A DNA stretch of 64,000 bases, from positions 8,196,962-8,260,961 of the forward strand of contig NC_134034.1 in the NCBI RefSeq assembly GCF_964204645.1, given 5' to 3'. This DNA is from Tubulanus polymorphus. Taxonomy: Eukaryota; Animalia; Nemertea. This document shows, one piece after another, positions 41,165 through 52,993 of the stretch. The notes below the pieces were generated by a model, which saw nothing but the letters and a program-made list of their open reading frames with translations, was not told the DNA's origin and searched no databases. Both the position numbers and the translations under genes were made by a program. Position 1 is the stretch's first letter; each line of letters begins with the position of its first letter.

Positions 41165-41514
41165 CGTACCGCGATTTTACATGAATTGGCTCAATGCCAA
41201 CCTCATACTGCTGACAAAGGTAAAACAAAAATGTATAAAAAGTGCTGATTTTGGTGAACAACAATGGCTGCCAGTCGGCCATCTTGATTCTGACAGGGCC
41301 AGTTTTTCGGCTGAAGATGTGCCTAGTTTAGATACATGTGTAACCCAAATATCAAGACATTACATTGAAGCGTCTTCAAAACTTCCCAAAATAACTGGAT
41401 TCCGTCTACGGACGGGCGAACGGACGAAAAGAGAATGCAATAGCCTGCTGGGACGAGTGGGGTAAAAATGCAATGGGCTTAAATGGAGGAAACATTTTGC
41501 AATTGTCCTCTTAC

Positions 41515-41631
41515 CTGAAACTTAGGCAATCTTTCTCCAGTTTCAGATCTGGATGACGAATGTCCTCAACATTTATTGTTATGTACAGGATATCATTTCG
41601 CTGCGCCCATAATACTGTTGGAGTAAATATT
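41515..41631 (-). CDS. PTGES3: p23/PTGES3 exon 2 (IFTPTVLWAQRNDILYITINVEDIRHPDLKLEKDCLSF)
   Basis: ttttttcag acceptor, gtaag donor, 117 nt; P-x-V-x-W-A-Q-R is the N-terminal motif of the p23 CS domain. Confidence 0.93.
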
Positions 41632-41819
41632 CTGAAAAAAATAACAGAAATTACTTTTACATGACATACAACAGAACAGGGAATCCTGCGTTGAAGCGAG
41701 CGATACAAAATGGCGGCCGGCACTTGTTATTGAATGACGACGCGCTGTGCTGCTCGCAATGAGATCAATATTTAACAATTATTCATCGGTCTAGCGGTGA
41801 ATTATTGTTTTCATATTCT

Positions 41820-42026
41820 GACGAAGCGTGAGCGTTTAGGAGAAACTTTACAGGCGTTGAGACGGCAACACTAGGTCACACGAGCACCTGCTACAAGTAT
41901 TCCCCTTCTATATTCAAATACAGCGGGATTTCTTAATGACGTTACACAGCGGTTGAACGACGTTCGGTGACCTAGTGTTGCCGTCTCAACACCTGTAAAG
42001 TTTTTCCTATACGCTCACGCTTCGCC
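41820..42026. mobile_element. MITE/fold-back element in p23 intron 1
   Basis: Inverted repeats of about 60 bp, CGAAGCGTGAGCGT...CACTAGGTCAC / GTGACCTAGTG...ACGCTCACGCTTCG. Confidence 0.7.
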
Positions 42027-42540
42027 AACTACCTTTTCTTTTATATTACTAAAGACATTTCACAAATTGATAGTGTCTCACAGTCGGATGAAATAATAGG
42101 ATATATATCTGTCATATCACTAGTAAGTGTCATACAAAATAAAAGTAAAAACGAAGTTTGTTCAGTATTTTGTGAGGTCGCCGTGTGTGGAGCCAGCGGC
42201 CATCATCTTTTTAAACAGTTAGGCCGTTTTTTCTCGGATTCATTGCAGATTAATGAGTGAAAACACAGATACACTATCAAAAACCCCAGCAACTTTATCC
42301 CAAGCCCATCGGCGAGTGCCTGTGGTTGACTGTCTTCGTTCGGTTGACTTGACTACTTTATTTAGTTTTACGACCCACAGTCAGACTTTTTAGGCTAATC
42401 TATTGGTCCTAATCGATTATCAAAGAAGCATCTAAACTTATCGCTTGGGGCGCATCAGCTTCTCTTTTCCAGTGTCAATCCTGATATCCAAGCGCCTACG
42501 ACGTCGTCACAAAATATCTCGAAAATGGAAAAATACCCAC

Positions 42541-42566
42541 CTTTTCTGACCCTCACCGGACGCCAT
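42541..42566 (-). CDS. PTGES3: p23/prostaglandin E synthase 3 (Hsp90 co-chaperone), coding exon 1 of 6 (MASGEGQK+2 nt)
   Basis: Minus strand reads gaaaATG GCG TCC GGT GAG GGT CAG AAA AG|gtgggt; the phase-2 donor matches the phase-2 acceptor of exon 2 (AG+A=Arg). It is the only compatible ATG/donor pair I found nearby. Confidence 0.8.
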
Positions 42567-43620
42567 TTTCGAACATGTGATGGATGGAGGCGAAAGGTCG
42601 GGGATATTTCAAAGTCACTGAAGCTCGGTTATTTTTCAAACCCTTCCAGGGCAATGTTGTTCGAATCCCATGATATTGAAAGAGATTGGTTTAGGTTGAG
42701 TCGGATGGCGCAGTACAATTTATATATTTAATCGAATTGGATATCATATTTTTGTTAAATCATCAGGATATAGGCTAAACCTTGATTTGTTAAGTGTAAA
42801 CCAATCAAATCAAATCTTTATTCAGCAAACAATTGTGACTGCCAACTACATAAATTTAGTAGGCCCTACCGGTACGAAAAATGATCAACATCTGATAAAC
42901 AATAATAGTAAAACAGACATATACATATGATAGACTTTGTGCATGGTTACAGCCGCAGGAACAATGCGGTGAATTTTAGTAGTTTTGGGACCCGGTTATT
43001 GTTAGTTGAAAATTTCCTTGCCGGCCGAGTTTGCTGTTTGTCTTTCCATATCCATTAAATTTAGTGCAATTTGATAAGAAATGTTCCTCATCCTCCATTT
43101 TCTAAGATTCCATTTAGAATAGTGTGACGTAGACACCTGGCGTCTTCAGTAGTCTCCCTCGTGCCGCCTTTTTTCGGGTGAGATGCTCGTGCTATTTAAG
43201 CCACCGGACTTTTTTTAATTAAAAAACATGAGGTGCAGAGATATTTTGCTAGTTTTAAAGTCATTCTTATTTGTTGTAAAATTGGCATCAGGTTAAGTAT
43301 TATGTGAATAGCAGACATGAGTTTATGATATTTTCATCTTTAAATTATATATACCGGTAGTATAGGATTCTAGATAGAAACAAGACGTAGAGACATACAA
43401 GGTCTCAGTGCTAAGTCAGGTTTTTTTTCATAAGTGGTCTTATTCCTGTAAGACCCAAGACTTTACTACCGGTACCGAGCATTGGTTTGATAAGACTGTT
43501 AAATAATTGTATCTGTTGTGTTGCAGATATAGTTTTCTGAAACTGCACGAGATGCTTTTTACAAGAGCGGTTATATGGTGGCTGATTCGGGCCATACTAA
43601 AACAATTTATGTAGGCCTAC
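42567..43620. promoter_or_regulatory. Probable divergent promoter region for PTGES3 (-) and the galactosyltransferase (+), with a candidate non-coding exon at about 43527-43610
   Basis: Head-to-head gene arrangement; YY1-like AAAATGGCG overlaps the p23 ATG; ttgcag...gtagg exon boundaries at 43526/43611. Confidence 0.4.
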
Positions 43621-45284
43621 GCTAGAGGAACGATAAAAATTTTGACATTGGCCCGTCTTTTGGTTTTCCCGAGCGAGAAGTCAAAACTTTTGGTTTTCTC
43701 GCGCGAGAAAAACAAAAGATTTGAATTCTCTTGAATTTTTTTATCATACCTCTAGTACTCTGGAAAATGTCAAGTTTTCAATTACGGGGAAGTAAACTAA
43801 AGAAATGAAAACAAAAATACCTTGGAATGACTACAGAGGCAAAGGTGTGAAAAGGTGTGATTAAAATGATGGTAGAAATTAAAAAAACTAACCTTTTTGC
43901 ACATAATGAGATTGAAACATAACGTTTGCATTTTAGATTGAAAATCAAGACGGCATTACAAACATAAAATTCGATGAAAACACGGAGGACTAAGAAAGAT
44001 TTAAAAAAGTTTTTTTGATAGTTTTTTGGTGATTTTTGCAGAATGCTGGGCGGATCCGTACTCTATATTAATAAATGTAAAGCTATCTTGCCTAGTTTTG
44101 CCCATCAGCGCCAAAACTCGAAATGGCAAAAGACGCTCTGCAGCCATAGAATGAAAGCTAGGCAAGATATCTCTACATTTTAAATTTCACTTGAAAGGAG
44201 GCGTACAGTTCCTGAAATGTTTGGAATTTTCCGAGAATTATTTCTTAAAATAACAAACTTAAGGTCCCTGAACTTCTACGTGTGCGGCAAAAACTGGCCA
44301 CATGTTTTTATATCGCTTTCATGTCGCATTGTTGCAAATTTGAGAAATGAATTGTACATAACTGAAAACAAGAGATTCACACGGTTTAAATGATGCTAAA
44401 ATTCTAAAATGCTAAAATGATGCTAAAATTGTCAAAATCCAACTATGGATCAATGAAATATGATATAACACTCACCGCAAATTGCTTTTAAAGAAGAGAA
44501 AAAGAATGACTCCAACATAGGACAACAATCGATTTTGTTGGCTGAAGTTGAAATGTTTGCTTCTGAAAGTTCAAAGTATGATTGGTCATGTTTTAATAGC
44601 GTTCCACAGGCTTGCGTAAAAATTGTATAGTAGCCCTCGTACACAATTTATAATAATAGTGACAGTGACCACGTTGGGGCTGGTCTAGTAGCATGACTGA
44701 GCAATTCACAGTAGTACTGTACTCAAACTGTGTATTGCTATATAAAGAGGTATACAGACATTAAGCTGACGCATGCGATGCACTTGGATATTTAATTCTA
44801 GTCTGAGGTAGGCCTTAAGATATGAAATATATTTAACTGTTCTTTTTGCGTTTTAAAAATTGAATGAGAAAGAGAGTTGAGGAGGGTCAGTAACAGTTAT
44901 CTTTGTTTACTACAGACAAAGATAACTTTTATAAGATAGAGAAGAGGGAACTTTACATTCAATACCTCCATAACTAAAAGGTACGTAGGACCTATAGGTA
45001 CGTACTATCTCAAAATATATACATCAAGAAAAATTAATACAGTCCGTGGTAATACCAACAAAGTGTCTCCAGGTATTCGTTTAATCACTGATAAAGACTA
45101 TATAGATTACTACTGAGATAATAAATCCCGGGAATAAATCCGTCTATTTTTAACTCAATAGGCGTTGGTACAGCCAAATACATGTAGATACTGTTTTGGT
45201 AGCTTTGATTGTAGGATGTGCTCTTTTATAAAATGTCCTACAATTTTCAGATTTTATGGTATCCATTCTACGAAGGCTGACACG

Positions 45285-46802
45285 ATGAGACGTTTCTTTC
45301 TTCGATTTTCTAACTATTGGGGATTAACTTTCGTTATCGCAATCGTTTTTTTCGTAGCATGTAATATTTCGTGGAAGCACAAACCTTTAAAATCAATATC
45401 CCCTCCTAAGGATGTATTACTAGAAAGAGATGGAAATTTGGCACATACCCAGCGTACGATGGACGTTCGAAATATCTTAAAATTGGAATTAGATAAAATG
45501 TTCAAATCAAGCCAGCCGAATTCAAAGCCCATTAGTTTTGACAGGCATGCTAAACTTCAGTTTCCCCATGAAAGTAAATCTCGGATACTAGCATCTAAAT
45601 CGGCTTTTCCAAAAATCCGTGGCGGTAACCGTGTGGCAAAGCAACTCCGCAGTCATCCGAAATCAACAGAATACAAAACTCGTGCTAGTAACTGGAGTCG
45701 TAATGTCACCGAAAGTGCAAAATCAAGTGCAAAATCTACGAATTTTGCACAAAAAAAAAATTCATATTTGAAATTTCAACCTAGAAAATCTGAAAAAATC
45801 CAAGCATTGGACATACGTAAGTTAACCGACGGGAATAGAAACCGAAAATACGCAAAAAAAGCTGTTGTAGCTGAAGCCGGGCATGTTGACGTCTCCGTAA
45901 AGAAGACAGGTGACGGTGTTCGGCGCGATTCGTGTAATGCATGCAATTCAAATTCGTTTCAATATATCATTAATGAAAATGACATGTGTATAAAAAGTAA
46001 CGGTAATGTAGATCTATTACTGATGGTGCTAAGTACCGCCAAGAATCGACCTCAAAGAGAAATTATTCGAGAAACGTGGGCGAGCATAAGTAAAGGTAAC
46101 AAAGCTACTGTACGCCATGTGTTTCTGTTTGGAACGGTTGCTCCTGTCTATACAGCCGTCTTGGATTTTGAGCGGAGAAAATACCACGACATCATACAAG
46201 CCGATTTCGTCGATAGTTATTATAATTTGACCAGGAAATCACTTATGGCGTTTCATTGGGCGAGTACATATTGTGAAAACGCGAAGTATATTCTTAAAAT
46301 AGACGATGACATGTGGGTGAATACACCGAGAATGTTGGACATGATCAGAAGAGGGGAAATGGGGAAATTCATAAATGATAGAAACTACGGAGGTTCTTGC
46401 TACTCTGGGAGTTTACCGATCCGAAATCCTAATTCAAAGTATTATGCGTCACGACAGGCATGGCCACACGATCAATATCCAGCATTCTGTGATGGTCAAA
46501 CCGGGTACATCTTAACGCCTAAAGTCGCTGCGGATTTGTACCACATGTCGAAAAACGTTCCATTTTTTCACCTGGAAGACGTATACATTGGACTGTGTAT
46601 GAAAGCATTGGGTAATGAAATCAAACCTATTAACGGTTTCTTTAAGGGATTAAGTGGAACAGTGAACGATATGTGTTTCTACAAGAAAGAGGTTTTTACT
46701 GTACATAAGGTATCAGTAGAACGATTGAGAACAATCTGGAACACGAGATGTTATGCATCAGACATTTCTTCGCAAACTATTCAAGGTGTTTTCAGCAGTT
46801 AG
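45285..46802 (+). CDS. Beta-1,3-galactosyltransferase-like protein (GT31, Galactosyl_T), type II membrane protein, about 505 aa, single coding exon
   Basis: ATG at 45285 follows a ttttcag acceptor ending at 45250. N-terminal TM segment (WGLTFVIAIVFFVAC) and GT31 motifs R-x-x-IRETW, QADFVDSYYNLTRK, YILKIDDD (DxD), LEDVYIGLC. Confidence 0.93.
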   Translation: MRRFFLRFSNYWGLTFVIAIVFFVACNISWKHKPLKSISPPKDVLLERDGNLAHTQRTMDVRNILKLELDKMFKSSQPNSKPISFDRHAKLQFPHESKSRILASKSAFPKIRGGNRVAKQLRSHPKSTEYKTRASNWSRNVTESAKSSAKSTNFAQKKNSYLKFQPRKSEKIQALDIRKLTDGNRNRKYAKKAVVAEAGHVDVSVKKTGDGVRRDSCNACNSNSFQYIINENDMCIKSNGNVDLLLMVLSTAKNRPQREIIRETWASISKGNKATVRHVFLFGTVAPVYTAVLDFERRKYHDIIQADFVDSYYNLTRKSLMAFHWASTYCENAKYILKIDDDMWVNTPRMLDMIRRGEMGKFINDRNYGGSCYSGSLPIRNPNSKYYASRQAWPHDQYPAFCDGQTGYILTPKVAADLYHMSKNVPFFHLEDVYIGLCMKALGNEIKPINGFFKGLSGTVNDMCFYKKEVFTVHKVSVERLRTIWNTRCYASDISSQTIQGVFSS

Positions 46803-46870
46803 CAGCAAAAATCCCCTTCAAAGTGTCCCCCACGTGGTACGATAACCACACTCAAACGTGGTGAATAGAG

Positions 46871-47221
46871 GATAAGATAAAAACCCACTATTTACAATTA
46901 AAAGAAATCTAAAATCGAGAATTTATTTATTGAAACAATCTAAAATATAAGAGCACGACGTTTCGATCTCACACTAGAGATCACCGTCAGGTGTGAGATA
47001 TTGACTAAAAACAGGGGTATATATACAGAGGAAATATATATTTATAGAGAATATATAGAGAATATATATATAGAGAAATATATATTCAATATCTCACACC
47101 TGACGATGATCTCTAGGGTGAGATCGAAACGTCGTGCCCTTATATTTTAGATTGTTTCAATATATAAATTCTCGGATTTTAGATTTCTTTTTATTTGTAA
47201 ATAGTGGGTTTTAATCTTATC
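46871..47221. mobile_element. Inverted pair of Penelope-type pLTR remnants just after the galactosyltransferase stop codon
   Basis: Arms 46871-47004 and 47086-47221 are reverse-complementary around an AT/GA-rich spacer; each arm carries a hammerhead motif. Confidence 0.75.
47096..47137 (+). ncRNA. Minimal type I hammerhead ribozyme
   Basis: cac-CTGACGA-t-gatctc-tagggt-gagatc-GAAA-cgtc-gtg: intact core, 6-bp stem II, GUC cleavage triplet. The minus-strand twin at about 46954-46993 has CTGACGG (core substitution). Confidence 0.78.
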
Positions 47222-49932
47222 CCCCACCTTTTGAATGGGGTGCAAGTAAATACAATCTCATTGTACAAGTTGAATTGAAAATACCACAAATTAACAGTTC
47301 TTTTATACTATCACAGCTCAAATATATCACGGGACGTGAACAAGTTAAAACAGTTCGTTGCAAAGTTCAAATTAAAACTGCACTAGCGTGAATTTGAGAT
47401 ATTTCAAATTAAAAGTTCATTATTTCTAATAATTCATGGTATCGCACAGTGAACAATAACAAAAGTTAAAAAGAGTTCATAGTACATAAATATTCCAGAT
47501 AAAATCTAATACATTTCATTAATTCTATTAATTCTACAAATTCTACAATTCTGAGTATTTTTCTACGAATTCTATCTAAGAATAAAGAAATGGGATATTC
47601 ATGTATTGCAGTTTTATTGAAAATGAATAGAATTAGAGATTCTCGCTTTGAAATGTTCTCAAAAAATTACCAAGGAGATTACCTAGGGGATTTTTACCTA
47701 AATTCGTTTTCAGCAAATATAGATAATAAATCTTACACTATGCACTCATTCAGTAATCGGTTAACGCGTTATTTCTTTTTGGACTACTTTTTTCTTTTTC
47801 TGAAAAGTTCTTGTTCTTACGATATTAATTAACGTTTACGGTTTAAGTAAGCCGCAACACGTATATCGCCGTACCGCGAGCCCGTGACACAGCGGCGAAT
47901 CGGTATCACCGATATTTGCATTGTGTGCCAAGCGACGCGATGCGAATTTTCAAGCCGGCGATTTCACTCTAATCAATCAACAAGCTTCAGTGGAACCTCG
48001 TTATTACGAGATGGCCTATTACGTAACTCGCGTATAATGTATGGGCCAAATTTAGAACAAATTCTAGTAAAAATCAGTTTAATATGAACACGATGATACG
48101 AAAAATTCGTTAAAACGTTAATTTCCTTATAGTAATTCAATGCGGTTAAAACGATGGCTGATCGCCTCTATCAGACTCAATACGGGTATAGCAATAACAA
48201 TTTTAACATACTTTTTTGTATGTGAATGTTCTTCGATTGAAAGGAATGAGAGACATTTGTCCTGAAAACGACGGAACTGTATTCTCGAGGTGCTTCTGTC
48301 CAGAAGGAACGAAATGAACTACAACATTGACTTGCTCACAGCACGGAATTTAGTGAATCTGGATCCACGAGGATCGGCGTAGGGTTCGATTCCCCCGCAA
48401 AATCGGAGAGGCTCACACCAGTTTCATTTGTGAAACAGAAAGAAATAGAAATTTACATAGAAAAATAAAACAGTTACAGAGTTAAAAATTGTACACATGT
48501 ATTTTTGAAACAAGACGATTTATTTCAGCAAAATAGTTTCAGTGATTCACCTTTTATTGCTCGGGTTAGTTTTACTACCAACGGGTGGCGCGGTATGTAA
48601 ATTTCACATAAATCACCAACTTTCGGCAATTAGCGGTACTTGAGACCACTTGAAAACATCATAGTCAGTAATTCAGTTATGGTAGTATGAAAATAAAAAG
48701 TTGATATAAATATATATGATATGATATGATATCTTTTTTAATGTTCAGTATAAACGTTGAATGTATATGTTCGTCACGTTTTGCATGTTAGTACCAATAC
48801 GTGCACGCGTCCATTCGAATGAAATGTGCACGTTACAGACTCAAATAAAAACGTTTACCGCGTTCATAGCCCCACGTTAAAATCTTTTGCGTTTAGAGGG
48901 AAATTTCAAAGTTAGCTCGCTACCTACAATAAAAATCGGACAAGACTTTTATAAGCGCCAAATTTGAATGTATGAGTAGTACTAACGAAGGATTCAGGAA
49001 ATACCCCTTGTCATTTCTAAAAACATTTAACCGGTAATTAGACAGTATTGGTGTAGCTTGCACAGGTAAGTGTTACTGTTGTTATATTGAGGTTCAGGGC
49101 AAATATTTTATTACATTATAATTAGGCCTATTTGATACCGAACACGACTGTGTTGTTTCTGAAACAGATAAATATAGCTATGTGGTCAGTACTGGTCAAG
49201 AATTGGTCAGTTGAATAGTTGTAATATCAAAGCTAGCACCATATCTAATTATTTGAAACCAAACACGACTTTGTTACTTCTAAAATTGGGCAAATAACTT
49301 TAAGGTCAGTATTGGTCAAGAATTGGTCACTTAATTAGTTGCTAAATCATAGCCTGCGCCATAGTCGCTCGACACCCAAACACTATTTTATTGCGTACTA
49401 ATGCTTATAGATTACTTCAGTAAATAAAGTAATTTGTCTATTTTAGAAGTAACACAGTCGTGTTTGGTGTCAACTTGAATGTTTAGTTATCAAAAATAAA
49501 GAATTGTTTTGTAATTGTGGCGCTGACACGCGGCTGCAGCCGCGATGCTAGGCTATATAGGTCAATGATCCAGCTATTTAATTTTATTGATTTAAGACAA
49601 ACAAGTGATTTTTTTCTATAAGGCTGATCCCACAGGTCGTCATTTACTAAAGTATCATTTGGAAAGTAAATCTCAAAAAGTAGGAATTAGAGGGTATTTT
49701 GACCTTTACGCCTAATTTAGTCCTAATTCGGTTCAATCTAAGTCTCGGATTGTTGTCCCTTACATTCCTTGTTTACATAAATTGAAATCGAATCTTAAAG
49801 CCCTAAAACACCGAAATCATTTTCAAATATGATAATGGAATTTCTATTCACTAAAAGCAATCTTATGTCTTACTTAGTATAGATGCTGGTGTTTATAAAA
49901 TCTGTTGTCTGGATTGTGATAAAATTCAGGTC

Positions 49933-50336
49933 AGTAATAGGGATAATAGGCTTTCAAGCCAAAGGTCGAACGGTCGAGCTCATTAAAAAACAAAACATTA
50001 AAAGTAATTTAAAACTATAATATATTTTCATAACCGTGTGCATTTTATATTATAACTAAATATTTATTCTAAGATATCAATAATTTAAAAAGCATATTGT
50101 ATTAAATCAATTGGTCGCTCCACTTCGCTACCGCTCCGCTCCGCGACCAATTGATTTATTTACAATACACAAATTCATATAATCAAATATATTTTAATAA
50201 TAATAATTATTCTATTATTCAACTGAAATACACACGGTTATGAAAATATATTATAGTTTTAAATTACTTTTAATATTTGTTTTTAATGAACTCGACCATT
50301 CAACCTTTAACCTGAAAGCCCATTACCCCTATTACT
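49933..50336. repeat. 404-bp terminal palindrome: arms 49933-50040 and 50231-50336 around a central stem-loop at 50095-50167
   Basis: Arms are reverse-complementary with 9 substitutions and 2 single-base indels; inner stem TAAATCAATTGGTCGC / GCGACCAATTGATTTA with a GC-rich loop. Confidence 0.9.
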
Positions 50337-50542
50337 CTTAAAATAATCATATACATGAATAACATTTAAATTGACAGATTATTCAATATAAAAGTATATA
50401 TTTACAACATTATTTCAATATTCATATTTGTGTGAGTTAGATTTTTAAACATTAAAAGTGTTAGTAAAGTGTGATTGAAATAATACATGATATAAATCAT
50501 TGAACTTCTAAAATCAATTTTAATAAAAAATTTAGTATTAAA

Positions 50543-50719
50543 ATGGAAGCAAATAAGTACTACTGTCCAACATGTAATATCAATATAGATAAATCCCAAA
50601 AAGCAAGACACAATAAAACTAAAACACATTTAGAGAATAAATTGAAACTAGAATATAAAGATGATATATTAGAAACTAAATTAGATGAATTAAACAATGA
50701 AAAAGAAACATACCAATAA
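50543..50719 (+). CDS. 58-aa ORF with one C2H2-type zinc finger (MEANKYYCPTCNINIDKSQKARHNKTKTHLENK...)
   Basis: Translated by hand (below the 60-aa ORF-track cutoff); C-x2-C...H-x5-H pattern. The C-terminus may be truncated by the rearrangement starting at 50712. Confidence 0.55.
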   Translation: MEANKYYCPTCNINIDKSQKARHNKTKTHLENKLKLEYKDDILETKLDELNNEKETYQ

Positions 50720-50808
50720 GGGTAAAAAAATATTTTTAAGCGTAAGGTTTCAGCGAACTCTAACTCTTTTTGAATTTTAACCTATTTTAATAAAAAGTTG
50801 ATATATAA

Positions 50809-51875
50809 ATGTGCTCAAGATTAATTAAAGTTCCCGCGAAAGACATGAGTAATAAATATATAAATTCAATATTATATTATTTAACTGTTAACAATAATTT
50901 AGCAGATATTTCAGGAGTAAATATAAATAAGTATTATAAATCTGAAAATAATGAATTAATTGAAACATCAGATATATTTTACGATAATATAATGCTATAT
51001 AAAATCATGTTAGAAAAAGAAATTATTAAAGAAAATAGAACAACTTTTCTAAACGTTAATCAGAGAAAGATAACGCATTATGAAATTAAAGAATGTTTTA
51101 ATCAAGGAGATATTTTATTGGATAATTTAGCTATAAAAATTACACGTGTTTTAACAATTCATGATGATAATTCAAAATCATATATATTAAGTAGAATTAA
51201 TCAAGAATTGAAATTAACAGATTATATTGCTGTATTTAAAATTTCATTATGCAATCAAAATTTAAATGAATAAATACAGAAAATGGATAATATTGAAAAA
51301 TTATTAAATGAAAAAAATTACAATACATTAGATGTAGATGTGACACAAGATTTTAAAGGATCATTTAATTCAGATGAAATAAAATCAATGTTCGAAAATA
51401 GAAAATATAAAGTTCTAAAAGAATTTTCCAATAGTTGTGTTCCAGCATTACATAAGGATGATAAAATAAAGATCTATAATAAAACAGCATGTCAATTCAA
51501 ATCTCCTGGCGTAAATATAAATTTCGGTTCAAATTTAATGAGTTACATAAATTGCTATCAAGAAAGGTTCAAAGAATCATTTGAAAAATCAATTGAAACA
51601 GGATTAATTAGAATTGAAATAACAAGTATTTCATTTAAAAGAGGATTAAAAGAGATGGGAAAAATAAAACAATACTTAAAAAAAGAAATATTTACTATTC
51701 ACCTACATATTTACAACTTAAATCATTATTTGATGAGGTTCAACAGACTGTATGTATTTATGATGAGGTTCAACAGACTGTATGTATTTATGATTTGATT
51801 GAAAAATGCTTTTATTTCTGTTATTATGGTGATTTATGAGCAAGGAAATTTATAGGATATAAATCTAGGATAAGT
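50809..51875 (+). pseudogene. Disrupted ORF of a putative Rep_trans-like rolling-circle initiator, left copy
   Basis: ORFs 50809-51273 and 51283-51798 are in the same frame, split by a TAA that reads TTA in the inverted copy. Motifs DVDVTQDF, KIKIYNK, GLIRIEIT. A frameshift near 51690 and a 30-bp tandem duplication at 51731-51790. Confidence 0.6.
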
Positions 51876-52993
51876 CTTTTTGATTTCTATTCGCTTCAAT
51901 AATGAATTCTGATTTATCATCATTTTGATCAATTGTTAGGTATAAACATGGGATATTCTTAATTGTAAACATTGATAAAACAAGTAAAAAGGAGGACTCT
52001 TCAATATTTTTACTTATCCTAGATTTATATCCTATAAATTTCCTTGCTAATAAATCACCATAATAACAGAAATAAAAGCATTTTTCAATCAAATCATAAA
52101 TACATACAGTCTGTTGAACCTCATCAAATAATGATTTAAGTTGTAAATATGTAGGTGAATAGTAAATATTTTCTTTTTTTAAGTATTTTTAAGTATTTTT
52201 CCCATCACTTTTAATCCTCTTTTAAATGAAATACTTGTTATTTCAATTCTAATTAATCCTGTTTCAATTGATTTTTCAAATGATTCTTTGAACCTCTCTT
52301 GATAGCAATTTATGTAACTCATTAAATTTGAACCGAAATTTATATTTACGCCAGGAGATTTGAATTGACATGCTGTTTTATTATAGATCTTTATTTTATC
52401 ATCCTTATGTTATGCTGAAACACAACTATTGGAAAATTCTTTTAGAACTTTATATTTTCTATTTTCGAACATTGATTTTATTTCATCTGAATTAAATGAT
52501 CCTTTAAAATCTTGTGTCACATCTATATTAATTCATTTAAATTTTGATTGCATAATGAAATTTTAAATACAGCAATATAATCTGTTAATTTTAATTCTTG
52601 ATTAATTCTACTTAATATATATGATTTTGAATTATCATCATGAATTGTTAAAACACGTGTAATTTTTATAGCTAAGTTATCCAATAAAATATCTCCTTGA
52701 TTAAAACATTCTTTAATTTCATAATGCGTTATCTTTCTCTGATTTACGTTTAGAAAAGTTGTTCTATTTTCTTTGATAATTTTTTTCTCTAACATGATTT
52801 TATATAGCATTATATTATCGCAAAATATATCTGATGTTTCAATTAATTCATTATTTTCAGATTTATAATACTTATTTATATTTACTCCTGAAATATCTGC
52901 TAAATTATTGTTAACAGTTAAATAATATAATATTGAATTTATATATTTATTACTCATGTCTTTCGCGGGAACTTTAATTAATCTTGAGCACAT
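51876..52993 (-). pseudogene. Inverted second copy of the same ORF (deletion of about 60 bp near 52525), extending into the 136-bp spacer
   Basis: The 52523-52993 protein is nearly identical to that of 50809-51273; ORF 51865-52092 continues the C-terminal part (IEKCFYFCYYGDLLARKFIG...). Confidence 0.65.

Noticed and set aside
42033-42058. Alternative p23 first exon or micro-exon (ATGTCTTTAGTAATATAA)
   Set aside because: In-frame stop or wrong phase; the 42541-42566 exon fits without problems.
45165-45284. N-terminal 40-aa extension of the galactosyltransferase ORF (and the 54057-54086 extension of the GPCR)
   Set aside because: Both begin at non-ATG codons; the first crosses a splice acceptor at 45250. 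The ATGs at 45285 and 54087 are the plausible starts.
48340-48450. tRNA gene (GGTTCGATTCCC B-box; similar boxes near 12130, 26455, 31420, 38560)
   Set aside because: No cloverleaf or acceptor stem could be built; probably decayed tRNA-derived SINE heads.
50402-50629. 75-aa hydrophobic minus-strand ORF in the AT-rich element
   Set aside because: Non-ATG start and largely the antisense shadow of the zinc-finger ORF.
50809-52993. Helitron/HUH Rep, parvovirus NS1 or autonomous Polinton
   Set aside because: No HUH motif, Walker A, pPolB, integrase or capsid sequence is visible; the element is non-autonomous and disrupted.
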